Assembly: GCA_002311345.1 (NCBI GenBank) | Contig: DCAA01000006.1 | Span: forward strand, 14,532-78,531 | Origin: Planctomycetes bacterium UBA1146 | Lineage (GTDB): Bacteria; Planctomycetota; UBA8108; UBA1146 | Direction of reading: 5' to 3' | Length of the DNA: 64,000 nucleotides | In this document: positions 17,032 to 26,854 of the stretch, piece after piece | How positions within the stretch are numbered: position 1 is the first letter of the stretch | Layout: the number at the start of each line of letters is the position of its first letter | Program-made: the position numbers and the translations under genes | Notes under the pieces: model-generated | Told to the model about the DNA's origin: nothing | The model's input: the letters and a program-made list of their open reading frames with translations, nothing else | Database searches by the model: none

Positions 17032-18984
17032 ATGCGTTCCTGGTGTTTCTTGCTGCTGTTGACGATCCCTCTGGCCGCCTTGGTTCTGGCGGCTGGCTCG
17101 ATGCCCGTCTTGTCACTGGGAAATGTGACCCAGCCAGCCCGGGTGGCCGATGATTTCGATGCGATCAAGGTCGGTGATCGGATTCGAGTCACGCTTCGTC
17201 GTGGCGGCAAATATGAAGGAGAAGTGGTGGAGAAGGTCGGACAGATCATCTCCGTCAAGCACAGGTTCGGCACAGCCCGGATCGATCGTTCCGATGTTCT
17301 CGAATGGGAACGGTTCAAAACCATCTCCGAGCAGTTCGATGAACGCGCCGAGCAGTGCAAGACTGCCGAAGAGTGGTGTGATCTGGGCGACTGGGCAACC
17401 GAGCAAGCAGAGAACTCTCTTGCCGAACAGGCCTGGCGCAAGGCCACAGAACTGGACCCATCCAACAAGCGGGCCCGAGATGCCCTCGGTGAGGTTCTCC
17501 ATGAAGGAAAGTGGATGCCCCTCGAGGAAGCGATGCGAGCGCAGGGGAAGGAATCCTACGGCGGAGAGTGGCTCACCCCGGAGCAGATCGAAGCGCGCCA
17601 GGAGGAAGAATCAACGGCCATGCGCAAGGAATCGCTCAAGGGCCGTGATGCTTACATCGAGGAGTTGAAGGGGCGCCCGTGGGCAGAGATGGAGCCAATC
17701 ATCACCCCGCATTACGTCATCTACTGCAACTCGACCGAGGACAACGCAAGGTATTACTCGGATGTCATGGAGTCACTCTATCGTGCCTATGACAAGGTGT
17801 TCAAGGAGGAGTTCTGGCCGCGCAAGTTCAAGAAATTTGCCCGCAGTGAGGTCTACATCCACGCCAACCACCAGCAGTTCATGGACTGGACCGGCAATGG
17901 GCCTGGAATCGGTGGTTTTTACAACATGCTGCGCCAGGACGTGACCGTATATCACGGATCATTCGGGACCACGGGGAGCACCGAGGAAGTGCTGGCACAT
18001 GAGGGCACGCATCAGTTCGAAGGCATGATCTTCAAATCGCTTCCCTCGTTACCCATCTGGTTTGTCGAGGGGCTCGCGGTTTATTTCGGCGATGGATCGG
18101 AGATCAGTCGTCGCAAGATCGGGATCAATGAGATTCCGCGCGACCGGTTGGTCGGATTGAAGCAGGCCATCGAGGACGGGAACTACTGCGATATTCGGAA
18201 GTTGCTCAGGGTGCCTCACTCCCGTTTCGGGGGTTTCTTCTACGGCCATGCCTGGGGTGTTCTGTACTGGTGTCTGTACGGTCACGAGCATGGTGCATGG
18301 ACCAAAAAAGACAATACCGGCGTCAAGATCATGACTGATTGGGGACTGCACTGTCAGAAACTCAGTGGCCCTTGCAATTACGAGCAGGAAGCCCAGTTCT
18401 TCGAGGGCCTCATCACGATGCATACCGGTATGAGCATCGAAGAGTGGGAAACCGACTACAAGGAGTGGATCCTGGGGCTTCCGGTCAAGGAAACCGGTAG
18501 TAAACGAGGCCGGGTATTCAGCAGTGAGGAACTCAAGATGGAGATCACCAAACCTGCAGGCTGGCGCTGGCAGAAGCCGGGCGATCTTCACTCCGATGAA
18601 GTGGTTTCGTCCATCAGTGGTGGATCTTCCAAGAAGCGTATATCCACATATTGCTGGCCCAACTGGCAACATGCGGAACTGAGTGAGGAATATGCTCGTT
18701 CGCTGCTCAATAACATCTTCCAAGACATGGTTTTCATCGAGGAGATCGAGAGCAAGCAAATGGGGGGAAACCCGATGGTTGTGGCGGTGTTCGATGGCAA
18801 GAGAGTGATTGGCCAGGGTGCCAACAACGAACCCGAGTTGGGACCACAGAAGCGTTTCGCCATCGGTTTCTTCGGATCTCCCGACAAGATCTACGGTAAC
18901 GTGTTGGAGTGCGAGGCAGACGAGTTCGAGGACTCCAGGAAATTTTTCGAGGAGTACGCAGATAAATTCCGGAATACCGAATGA
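17032..18984 (+). CDS. Secreted putative zinc metallopeptidase (HExxH; DUF1570-like zincin), paralog 1.
   Basis: Signal peptide MRSWCFLLLLTIPLAALVLAAG, with AGGAG 6 nt upstream of the ATG. Core motif VLAHEGTHQFEG...WFVEGLAVYFGDGS, where the downstream Glu is a candidate third zinc ligand. There is an N-terminal small β-domain and a TPR-like helix pair. Confidence 0.6.
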   Translation: MRSWCFLLLLTIPLAALVLAAGSMPVLSLGNVTQPARVADDFDAIKVGDRIRVTLRRGGKYEGEVVEKVGQIISVKHRFGTARIDRSDVLEWERFKTISEQFDERAEQCKTAEEWCDLGDWATEQAENSLAEQAWRKATELDPSNKRARDALGEVLHEGKWMPLEEAMRAQGKESYGGEWLTPEQIEARQEEESTAMRKESLKGRDAYIEELKGRPWAEMEPIITPHYVIYCNSTEDNARYYSDVMESLYRAYDKVFKEEFWPRKFKKFARSEVYIHANHQQFMDWTGNGPGIGGFYNMLRQDVTVYHGSFGTTGSTEEVLAHEGTHQFEGMIFKSLPSLPIWFVEGLAVYFGDGSEISRRKIGINEIPRDRLVGLKQAIEDGNYCDIRKLLRVPHSRFGGFFYGHAWGVLYWCLYGHEHGAWTKKDNTGVKIMTDWGLHCQKLSGPCNYEQEAQFFEGLITMHTGMSIEEWETDYKEWILGLPVKETGSKRGRVFSSEELKMEITKPAGWRWQKPGDLHSDEVVSSISGGSSKKRISTYCWPNWQHAELSEEYARSLLNNIFQDMVFIEEIESKQMGGNPMVVAVFDGKRVIGQGANNEPELGPQKRFAIGFFGSPDKIYGNVLECEADEFEDSRKFFEEYADKFRNTE

Positions 18985-18994
18985 GGTTCCCTCG

Positions 18995-21136
18995 ATGAGA
19001 TGGACCTTTTTACTGTTACTGAGTTTTTTCGTCGTGGGTTTTCCTGCGCTGGCGTTTTCGCCATCCTGGTCGAGCGCAACATATTGTCTTGTTGCCGGCG
19101 AGAGGGTCATCGTTGTTCTCAAGGATGGGAGCGAGGTGATCGGAGAAGTGGTCGAAGAGAACGCACAGAGGATTTCGGTGAGCAGCGTATTTGGAGTTAC
19201 CTCCATCGAGATGGATCGAGTTGAGTCCATCATCCGGGGTGAAGAAGTAGATCGCAGAGAGTTCGATCAGCGGCAGAAGCGAGCGCTTCGACGTGGTTCA
19301 GCGGCCGGATGGTACTCCCTGGGTGTGTGGGCGCAGGAGAGAGGGCTCGCGGACAAGGCACGAAGTTCCTTTGAGAGTGCTCTCGATATCGATCCTGAAC
19401 ATGAACCCTCGAAGATCGCACTCGGTTGGGGCAAGGTCGAAGGAGAATGGAAGAATCCTGAAGAAATCGCCGCCCTCCTCGATAAGGGATGGCGTCGTGA
19501 TGGTGCAAACCTGCTGCCGCCGCGGGCGGGAACTCCTGTTGGACCGAAGAAGCCCGAGCCGAAAAAGCCAGAGGCCACTTCGCCGAAGCCCGATTCGACC
19601 AGGCCTGGAAGAATCTCGACGCCGGAATCAGTACTCGGGAAACTCTCTCCCAAGGAGCAAAAGCGACGCGAGACAGAACTGGAGAGAAGACGTCAGGAAC
19701 GGCTGAAGTTCGAGCAGGGGAAACGTCGTGAGTATGAGGGGGTCCCCTGGCCTCGTCGTAGTATTATCAAGTCAAGAAACTGGCAGATCGAGTGTAACAG
19801 CACCCCCGAGGTGGCCCGCACATACCAGTGGATCATGGAGGCGCTCTCTTCCACTCTTGGCAAGATCTTCAAGGCGCCGGATGTGCGCAGGCAGAAGCCG
19901 GTGGTGAAGATCTACCGCAATCATGACGAGTTCATGCTCAAGACTGGAATGGGCGGCGGCGTCGGTGGCTTCTATCAACCTGATTCGCAAAATGTGGTGG
20001 CCTACCACGGCACCTTCGGATTGACGGGAACCACCTACACGGTTCTGGCTCACGAAGGGACACACGCCTTTCAGGGCAAGAAACTCGCCCGTATGACGAA
20101 TTACCCGAACTGGTTCATCGAAGGAATGGCGGTCTACTTCGGCGACGGTTCTAAACTGGACTACAAGAAGAAGAGAGTGGTCACTGGACTGATTCCCCGT
20201 GATCGCCTCTTCCACATCCAGGAGAAGATCGCTGAAGGTCGCCACACACAACTTTCCAAACTGGGAGGTCTGCCCCGGAATCGATTCAGCGGCACTCACT
20301 ACGCCGATTCATGGGCGGTGATGCACTACCTGATCAATGGTCCAGAGAGCAAGAAGGGGCAACGATTCCTCGTCGATTACTGGAAACTGGGAGAGAAGCG
20401 TCGCGTTGGTCAACGGCAATTCAACAACCTTGCCGAGCGGTACTTCGGAGATGTCGATCAGATGGAAGCCGACTGGCAGAAATATGTCCTGTCCCTGAAG
20501 CCGGATCCTGCCGGTGAGATCGACGGCGATCATTTCGTCTCGATGGATTTCATGTTTTCCATCTCTCGCCCTGATGAGAAGTGGGAATATGTTCTCGACG
20601 AGATCCAGGATCGCGATCTCGTACTGATGCGTATTCCCGAGACCCGAAACGAGATCCGGGTTCGCATCCTCACTAAATCCGAGGATAGTCAGCGCCCCCA
20701 GGACTGGATCGATTCCGAGTTGCTTCCAGCTCTGCGCAAGAAGTACCGGGACGTCCGCTCCTTTTCCGGTGATCTCGGTGGGTTAGACGCTTATGTGTTC
20801 GAGTTCTACGACCGTCCTCCCGAGCCGGAGAAGAAGGAAGAAGAACAGGATGGGTCCGCCGACGGCGAGCAGGGTGCCGGCGCAGGAGACACGAAGAGTT
20901 TCTTGCAAAAACTGACCATGGCTGCTCAGCAGGAGCCTCCGGATCCAGATGACGGCGAGAAAGGCACGGCTGAAGAGGCGCCAAAACTGCTCAAGCATCG
21001 TTCTTATGTCCTCGTTGGTGTTTCCAATGCGTATGAACTCAGAGGATCATTCGAACAGACACAGTTCGACGAACTGTTGGGGGACCTGGAGTGGGTCGCC
21101 TTTTCCTTCGAGAAGATTCAGAAAAATCGCTGGTGA
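18995..21136 (+). CDS. Secreted putative zinc metallopeptidase (HExxH; DUF1570-like zincin), paralog 2.
   Basis: The start is taken at internal MRWTFLLLLSFFVVGFPALA (18995), 10 nt after the paralog-1 stop; the track ORF begins earlier at 18809. Domain order and motifs match paralog 1 (VLAHEGTHAFQG...WFIEGMAVYFGDGS). Confidence 0.6.
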   Translation: MRWTFLLLLSFFVVGFPALAFSPSWSSATYCLVAGERVIVVLKDGSEVIGEVVEENAQRISVSSVFGVTSIEMDRVESIIRGEEVDRREFDQRQKRALRRGSAAGWYSLGVWAQERGLADKARSSFESALDIDPEHEPSKIALGWGKVEGEWKNPEEIAALLDKGWRRDGANLLPPRAGTPVGPKKPEPKKPEATSPKPDSTRPGRISTPESVLGKLSPKEQKRRETELERRRQERLKFEQGKRREYEGVPWPRRSIIKSRNWQIECNSTPEVARTYQWIMEALSSTLGKIFKAPDVRRQKPVVKIYRNHDEFMLKTGMGGGVGGFYQPDSQNVVAYHGTFGLTGTTYTVLAHEGTHAFQGKKLARMTNYPNWFIEGMAVYFGDGSKLDYKKKRVVTGLIPRDRLFHIQEKIAEGRHTQLSKLGGLPRNRFSGTHYADSWAVMHYLINGPESKKGQRFLVDYWKLGEKRRVGQRQFNNLAERYFGDVDQMEADWQKYVLSLKPDPAGEIDGDHFVSMDFMFSISRPDEKWEYVLDEIQDRDLVLMRIPETRNEIRVRILTKSEDSQRPQDWIDSELLPALRKKYRDVRSFSGDLGGLDAYVFEFYDRPPEPEKKEEEQDGSADGEQGAGAGDTKSFLQKLTMAAQQEPPDPDDGEKGTAEEAPKLLKHRSYVLVGVSNAYELRGSFEQTQFDELLGDLEWVAFSFEKIQKNRW

Positions 21137-21163
21137 TCTTCTGAAGTTGGCTCGGATCGGGCC

Positions 21164-21805
21164 TTATTTGGCCGGAGAGAACCTCAGTTTTTTACCATCG
21201 TACTCCAGATGGCGTATTTCACCGATGATGGGAACCAGTTGCCCGAGCAGATCGGTGATGATTTCTTTCGAGTTCTCCTGGCTCAAATTCTCTCCCTTGT
21301 AGATAGAGCCCCACTGATAAAGATCGAGTTGTGCATCGGCAACACTTCCGGAGACGATCTTGATCGTCCCGACGATTTCCAGATTGGCGAAACGACCGCG
21401 TAACAGCCAGGGGACAGTCTCCAGATCTTCAGAAAATCCGAGGGTGAGCAATAGGTGCAACGGACCGTCTGGTTGAGGAATCAATCTCATTCCGCTTCCT
21501 GCTAGCAACTCGCCATCGGCGATCTTCGATTCGATAAGAGCAGCGATGAGTTGATTCCAGCGAGCAGGAGTCAACTCGAGTTCTCCACCGGAAGAGCGCC
21601 AGAGTTGCATCCAGGAACTCGGTTCTGTCGCTTCTTCAAGTGGTGGTAGAGTCAAAGGAGAAGTCGGCAAGCCACCGGAGATGACCATCCAGGTCGCGAT
21701 CAAGGCTCCCAGTCCCAGGGCCAGGATCAGTAGCAGCAGGCAACCCCCGAGGCGGAAGAGCGGATTCCCTGTGGACGGGGAGTCGGTTGGGTCGATCGTG
21801 GTCAT
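21164..21805 (-). CDS. Hypothetical membrane-anchored protein (213 aa).
   Basis: N-terminal transmembrane segment (LGGCLLLLILALGLGALIATWMVI). No recognisable domain. It is convergent with zincin paralog 2. Confidence 0.4.
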   Translation of the reverse strand: MTTIDPTDSPSTGNPLFRLGGCLLLLILALGLGALIATWMVISGGLPTSPLTLPPLEEATEPSSWMQLWRSSGGELELTPARWNQLIAALIESKIADGELLAGSGMRLIPQPDGPLHLLLTLGFSEDLETVPWLLRGRFANLEIVGTIKIVSGSVADAQLDLYQWGSIYKGENLSQENSKEIITDLLGQLVPIIGEIRHLEYDGKKLRFSPAK

Positions 21806-22048
21806 TTCTTCCCTTATTACAGGGCTTCGACGTGACAGCCCATCCGCCCGAAAGTACCGTTCAATGGCCGAGGACGGACCATCAGGGTAGATGGGAGTGC
21901 TCGATGGAGCCAGGAATGAGGCCGATATTCGTCCAGATTTCCTTCCACGAAAGGCGTCGAACCGATAAAAGCGATCAGTAGTTTCTGTGACGAACCTGGT
22001 GTCGAGTCAGGTCACATCTGAGAGTTTCTCTTCCGGGTTGGATTTTTA

Positions 22049-25000
22049 ATGCAAGAGAGTGGAACCAGCAAGAGATGGAGCGGCCGACTTGTTGGCCTTC
22101 TGGATCCTTCAGATCCACGACTGACTGACGATCGCCTGGCACCGATCCTGCGTGATTTTCTGGAACAGTACGACTCTGTTCTCGATGAACTCGATGACGA
22201 GGATGTTCTCCGGTCTCTGGCAGAAGATCTCCTGACAACCTTCAACCTGTTTCTGAAGCGGAAAAAAGAGGAGATTCTTGTCCACCTTTCCGCTGAAGAG
22301 ACTCCCCAAGAAGAATCCAGTACCACCTTCATCGATGTAGTGTGCAAGGATCAACCATTCATCGTGGATACCCTCGAGATGATTCTCGATGAATTTCACC
22401 TGGAGGTGATCAGCAAGCATACCGCCAGTGCTCCTGTGATCCGCGATCGCGACGGCACCATACAGGCCATCGATGGAACCGCGGCCAAGGCCAGGGACGA
22501 AATCATCTGTCATTTCGAGATCAGTGATATCTCGAAACAGGAAGTTCGAGAGCAACTGCTGGAACAGATCCGAGAGAGGCTCTCGATGGCCGCAATCGCT
22601 GTCAAGGATTTCAAGCGAATGAAAGGGGTGCTGCGCGATTCGATCCGGTCGATCCGACGCTCGGCAGCAGGTGATCCCGAGGGGGATTACAATCAGACTC
22701 GCAATCTGCTCGAATGGTTGTTACAGGATCATTTCATACTGTTCGGTGTCAAGCGCTGGGCTTGCTCTGACGAATCCCTCAGTTCTCTCGAGGAGGATAT
22801 TTCCCTCGGGATTTCATGTCCCGATTCAGAGGATGACGAAGTCATCCGTCATGCGATCGAACGACTCGGCAGCGATAACCCGCCAATAGATCGACTGGTC
22901 TCCTTCAAGGGGATGGCCGAATCATTCATTCACCGTCAAGGAAAGATCGACCATATCGTTCTGAAAGAGCCGGGGGGTCTTTCCTCGACCCGGTTTGTGC
23001 ACATCTGGGGTCTATTCACCTTCAAGGCGGTCCAGACCCCCGGAGATCAAATTCCTCACGTGCGTAACAAATTCGAGCGAGTCATTTCACAGCACTCCTT
23101 CCCGAGGGGCGGAATGCGTTACAAGGCCTACCAGAACTCCTTCAACTCGATACCGGTGGAGTTCCTGTTCCAGGCGCAATCCAGCGAAATCGATGCTGTC
23201 ATCCAGGCGATTCACTTCGTCGAAAGATCGAAGGAGATTCGCGGGCATCTGGTCGTCGATGAAGAACGTCGCAAGGGGTTGTACTTCCTGATCACCCCAC
23301 GAGACGGATATTCCGAGGAACAACGATCCAGGATCGAGGAGATTCTGTTCGAGTTGATGGGTGCAAGTTATTCCGATTCCCGGGTCAAACTGGGAAAGCA
23401 TGGCACCGTACTGCTCTCTTTCTTCTTCACTGCTACCGACAAGTTACACGAGGTCACCCCCGAGCAGATCGAGGAGAAGGTACGACTGGTCGCCGGATCC
23501 TGGTCAGATCGCCTGCATCGGCAACTTCATCTCGACATCGGCTCAGCAGCAGAATCGCTGTTTCGCAGCTACCGTGATGCGTTTCCAAAGGGGTATCAGA
23601 TCAGCCATTCCCCTGATGAGGGGGTACAGGATATCGAGAAACTGGAGCAGATTCGTCCCTCCGATGAGTTCGGGATGGCCTTCAGTGTTTTCCGAAACGA
23701 GATCGATCGTGACAGGAGTTCTGCGCGCTTGAGGATCTATCAGCGCAAGAACCTGTTTCTGTCGACGACATTGCCGATTCTGGGTAACTTCGGCCTCGAG
23801 ATCGTCGATCAGAACGCTTTTCAGGTCTCTCCATCAACCGGAGAGAAACTGACCATCGATACCTTTCAGGTGCATGGTGTAACTACAGATGACCATCCCC
23901 TGGTGACACGATCCGCGCTGGTCGTCGATGCTCTGAAATCGATCTTCAATGGATCCAGTAGTAGTGATCTTCTCGATAGACTCGTTCTCGAGGTAGGAGT
24001 CGATCACCGCGATGTCGACTTGATCCGAAATCAACTCCACTTCCTCCACCAACTGGGAATCTCAACCACCATCGCTTTTGCCTCGGGGACTCTGTGCCAA
24101 CATGCTGGCATCACGAGGAAGTTACTGGAGTACTACCACATCCGATTCGACCCGGATCTGGACCTGGAGATGTGTGAGAGAAAATCAGAATCGGCGGAAA
24201 TCCACGGTGATATCCTTCGCGCTCTCAATGACGTTCGATCCAGTGCACAGGACATCTTTCTTCGTAGGGTTCTCGGGATCTTCGAATCGACACTCAGAAC
24301 CACCCGATTTCATCACAATCAAGATCCGCTCCAGGCATACAAGTACGACTCCGTCGCCTTACCCGTGGGCGCTCACCCGAGACCATGGAGAGAGATCTTT
24401 GTTCATCACCCGGAGGTCGAGGGAGTCCATCTGCGTGGCGGACCTCTGGCCCGAGGAGGTCTGCGGTGGTCTGATCGGACGACCGACTACCGAACAGAGG
24501 TACACGGTCTGCAACGTACCCAGATGGTCAAGAATGTGCTCATCGTTCCGGTTGGAGCAAAGGGTGGATTTATCCTGCGCAAACCGGCATCGGATCGAGG
24601 GGAGAGGAGAGAGCAGGCTGATCGACTCTACAGGGTCTTCGTCGAGGGACTGCTGAGACTGACCGATAACGTGGTCGATCAGCAGGTGGTAGTTCCTGAA
24701 CGTACAATTCGTTGGGACGGAGATGATCCTTACCTGGTCGTGGCCGCCGACAAGGGCACCGCTCACCTGTCCAATACCGCCAACGAGATTTCGAAGGAAC
24801 ATGGTTTCTGGCTCGGAGATGCGTTTGCCTCCGGTGGCAGCAATGGATACGACCACAAAAAACTCGCCATCACGGCAAGGGGATCGTGGGAGCAGGCGAA
24901 ACTTCACTTCCGGAAACTTGAAATCGAATTCGAAAAGGATCCCTATTCGGTCGTAGGTATCGGGGATATGAGTGGCGATGTGTTCGGTAATGGCATGCTG

Positions 25001-26842
25001 CTGGCACGAAATGCCAAGTTGATCGCTGCTTTCAATCATCTGGATATCTTCATCGATCCCGATCCTGACCTGGAATTGGCTGCAAAGGAACGGGAGCGGC
25101 TGTTCAAACTGAAGAGATCGAGTTGGCGAGATTATGATCCAGAGTTGATTTCCGCAGGAGGAGGGGTTTTCGACAGGAGTGAGAAAAAGATCAGCCCTTC
25201 TCCGGTTGCCAGAGTGCTGCTCGGTTTGCCCGGTAGTGGAGACTTCTCACCGGAAGAAGTGATCCGCTCCATCCTCGGTGCGGAAGTCGACATGATCTAC
25301 AACGGAGGGATCGGTACTTTCATCCGATCTTCCCAGGAGAGTAATCGAGATGTCAACGACGCTTCGAACTTTGCCTGCAGGATCGCAGCCGATGCTGTGC
25401 GTGCCCGCATGGTCATCGAGGGCGGAAATCTCGGAGTGACTCCCAAGGGCAGAGTTGAACTGGCCCGCGCCGGAACGCAGATCAATACCGACTTCATCGA
25501 TAACTCGGGTGGGGTGGATTGTTCTGACCACGAGGTAAACCTGAAGACCCTACTGCATGATGTGGTTCGCTCGGGTGCGATCACCCTGGAAGAACGAAAT
25601 CAGGTCCTCATCGATGTTCAAGCAGATGTTTGTGAACAGGTGCTCGACAACACGCGAGAACAGGGTCATCTGCTCGGCCTCGATGAGGTTCGTTCCAATA
25701 GTGACCCCTTCTCCTTCGAGAGAACCATGATGATCCTCGAAGATCGGGGAGTCCTGGACCGGGAGGCGGAATCTCTGCCGAGTCACGAGGAACTTGCGAC
25801 TAGACATGCAGCAGGAGGTGGGCTGACTCGACCGGAACTCGCCGTTGTCGGAGCACACGCGAAGATGGATGTCTATCGTCGTCTTCTCAAGCAACCAGAG
25901 GGTCGAGTCGATGAGAACAGACTTCTCTTCGAATATTTTCCCGAGAAGATTCGAGAGCAATTTCCCGAATCGATCGCGAAGCATCAATTACGTCGAGAGA
26001 TCGCGATGACGGTGTTGACCAACAAGATCGTGGATCGTGGCGGTTCTTCATTCTGCCTCGATATGGAGAGAGAGACGGGAAGATCCATCGGTCATGTCGC
26101 GAGATCATATCTGATGGCCGATGATCTCATCGGTGCCGAGGAGATGAGAAAAGAAATCCTTGCACTCGAGAACATCTCTTCAGAAGTGGTCTACACTTCT
26201 CTGGTACGAATCGAGGAGGCTCTGCGCAGGACCGCTGCCTGGCTGCTGTCGACCAATGACGATGACCGTCTCGACCGCATCGAAGCCCTCATCGCCGAGG
26301 GAGTGAGGCCGCTGCAGGAGTACGAGGATTCGATTCCCGGTTGTCTCGCGGGCCCGGAACTGGAGCGTCATGAAAATCACCTGCAGGAGGCGATGGCACT
26401 CGGGTTGTCCGAAACTTTCGCCCAGCGTATGACGAAGTTCGAGTATCTCACCGCCGGGGTGCGGATTCTGGACATCAGTCGTAGTTTCGAAATCCGTGTT
26501 CCTGATGTGGCCCGCCTCTACTATTACCTGGGCAATCGCAGTGGACTCCATCCGCTGGTGAGAAAGTGTGACGAAGCGGATTTCTCGGGCCGCTGGGATT
26601 CGCTCTCGATGCGGATTCTGCGCAATACCATCCTCGATGGTCTCTGGGCTCTGGTGGCCAAGATCTGCAGCAAGGCGCCAAAAGACCCCAAAGATGGCTG
26701 GATCGAGCAACTGGTCGAGGAGCTGCGCAGAAAGCCGAGTTTCAAGGCGATGGAATCGGACATTCGCCGCATCGGCTCGGAAGAACTCAGCATCGCATCG
26801 GTACAGGTTCTGAGTGTGCGTTTCCGCAGATTCGTTCAGTGA
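22049..26842 (+). CDS. gdh: NAD-specific glutamate dehydrogenase of the large ~180 kDa bacterial GDH family.
   Basis: 1597 aa. Family-typical core GGLRWSDRTTDYRTEVHGLQRTQMVKNVLIVPVGAKGGFILRKP and a GDH catalytic region (GDMSGDVFGNGMLL). Confidence 0.85.
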   Translation: MQESGTSKRWSGRLVGLLDPSDPRLTDDRLAPILRDFLEQYDSVLDELDDEDVLRSLAEDLLTTFNLFLKRKKEEILVHLSAEETPQEESSTTFIDVVCKDQPFIVDTLEMILDEFHLEVISKHTASAPVIRDRDGTIQAIDGTAAKARDEIICHFEISDISKQEVREQLLEQIRERLSMAAIAVKDFKRMKGVLRDSIRSIRRSAAGDPEGDYNQTRNLLEWLLQDHFILFGVKRWACSDESLSSLEEDISLGISCPDSEDDEVIRHAIERLGSDNPPIDRLVSFKGMAESFIHRQGKIDHIVLKEPGGLSSTRFVHIWGLFTFKAVQTPGDQIPHVRNKFERVISQHSFPRGGMRYKAYQNSFNSIPVEFLFQAQSSEIDAVIQAIHFVERSKEIRGHLVVDEERRKGLYFLITPRDGYSEEQRSRIEEILFELMGASYSDSRVKLGKHGTVLLSFFFTATDKLHEVTPEQIEEKVRLVAGSWSDRLHRQLHLDIGSAAESLFRSYRDAFPKGYQISHSPDEGVQDIEKLEQIRPSDEFGMAFSVFRNEIDRDRSSARLRIYQRKNLFLSTTLPILGNFGLEIVDQNAFQVSPSTGEKLTIDTFQVHGVTTDDHPLVTRSALVVDALKSIFNGSSSSDLLDRLVLEVGVDHRDVDLIRNQLHFLHQLGISTTIAFASGTLCQHAGITRKLLEYYHIRFDPDLDLEMCERKSESAEIHGDILRALNDVRSSAQDIFLRRVLGIFESTLRTTRFHHNQDPLQAYKYDSVALPVGAHPRPWREIFVHHPEVEGVHLRGGPLARGGLRWSDRTTDYRTEVHGLQRTQMVKNVLIVPVGAKGGFILRKPASDRGERREQADRLYRVFVEGLLRLTDNVVDQQVVVPERTIRWDGDDPYLVVAADKGTAHLSNTANEISKEHGFWLGDAFASGGSNGYDHKKLAITARGSWEQAKLHFRKLEIEFEKDPYSVVGIGDMSGDVFGNGMLLARNAKLIAAFNHLDIFIDPDPDLELAAKERERLFKLKRSSWRDYDPELISAGGGVFDRSEKKISPSPVARVLLGLPGSGDFSPEEVIRSILGAEVDMIYNGGIGTFIRSSQESNRDVNDASNFACRIAADAVRARMVIEGGNLGVTPKGRVELARAGTQINTDFIDNSGGVDCSDHEVNLKTLLHDVVRSGAITLEERNQVLIDVQADVCEQVLDNTREQGHLLGLDEVRSNSDPFSFERTMMILEDRGVLDREAESLPSHEELATRHAAGGGLTRPELAVVGAHAKMDVYRRLLKQPEGRVDENRLLFEYFPEKIREQFPESIAKHQLRREIAMTVLTNKIVDRGGSSFCLDMERETGRSIGHVARSYLMADDLIGAEEMRKEILALENISSEVVYTSLVRIEEALRRTAAWLLSTNDDDRLDRIEALIAEGVRPLQEYEDSIPGCLAGPELERHENHLQEAMALGLSETFAQRMTKFEYLTAGVRILDISRSFEIRVPDVARLYYYLGNRSGLHPLVRKCDEADFSGRWDSLSMRILRNTILDGLWALVAKICSKAPKDPKDGWIEQLVEELRRKPSFKAMESDIRRIGSEELSIASVQVLSVRFRRFVQ

Positions 26843-26854
26843 CCTCTGACCGCT

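Noticed and set aside
18049-19233. Minus-strand 394-aa ORF spanning the junction of the two HExxH paralogs.
   Set aside because: It is antisense to two genes with clear signal peptides, RBS and conserved motifs. It crosses an intergenic junction, which a real gene would not need to do, and it has no recognisable features.
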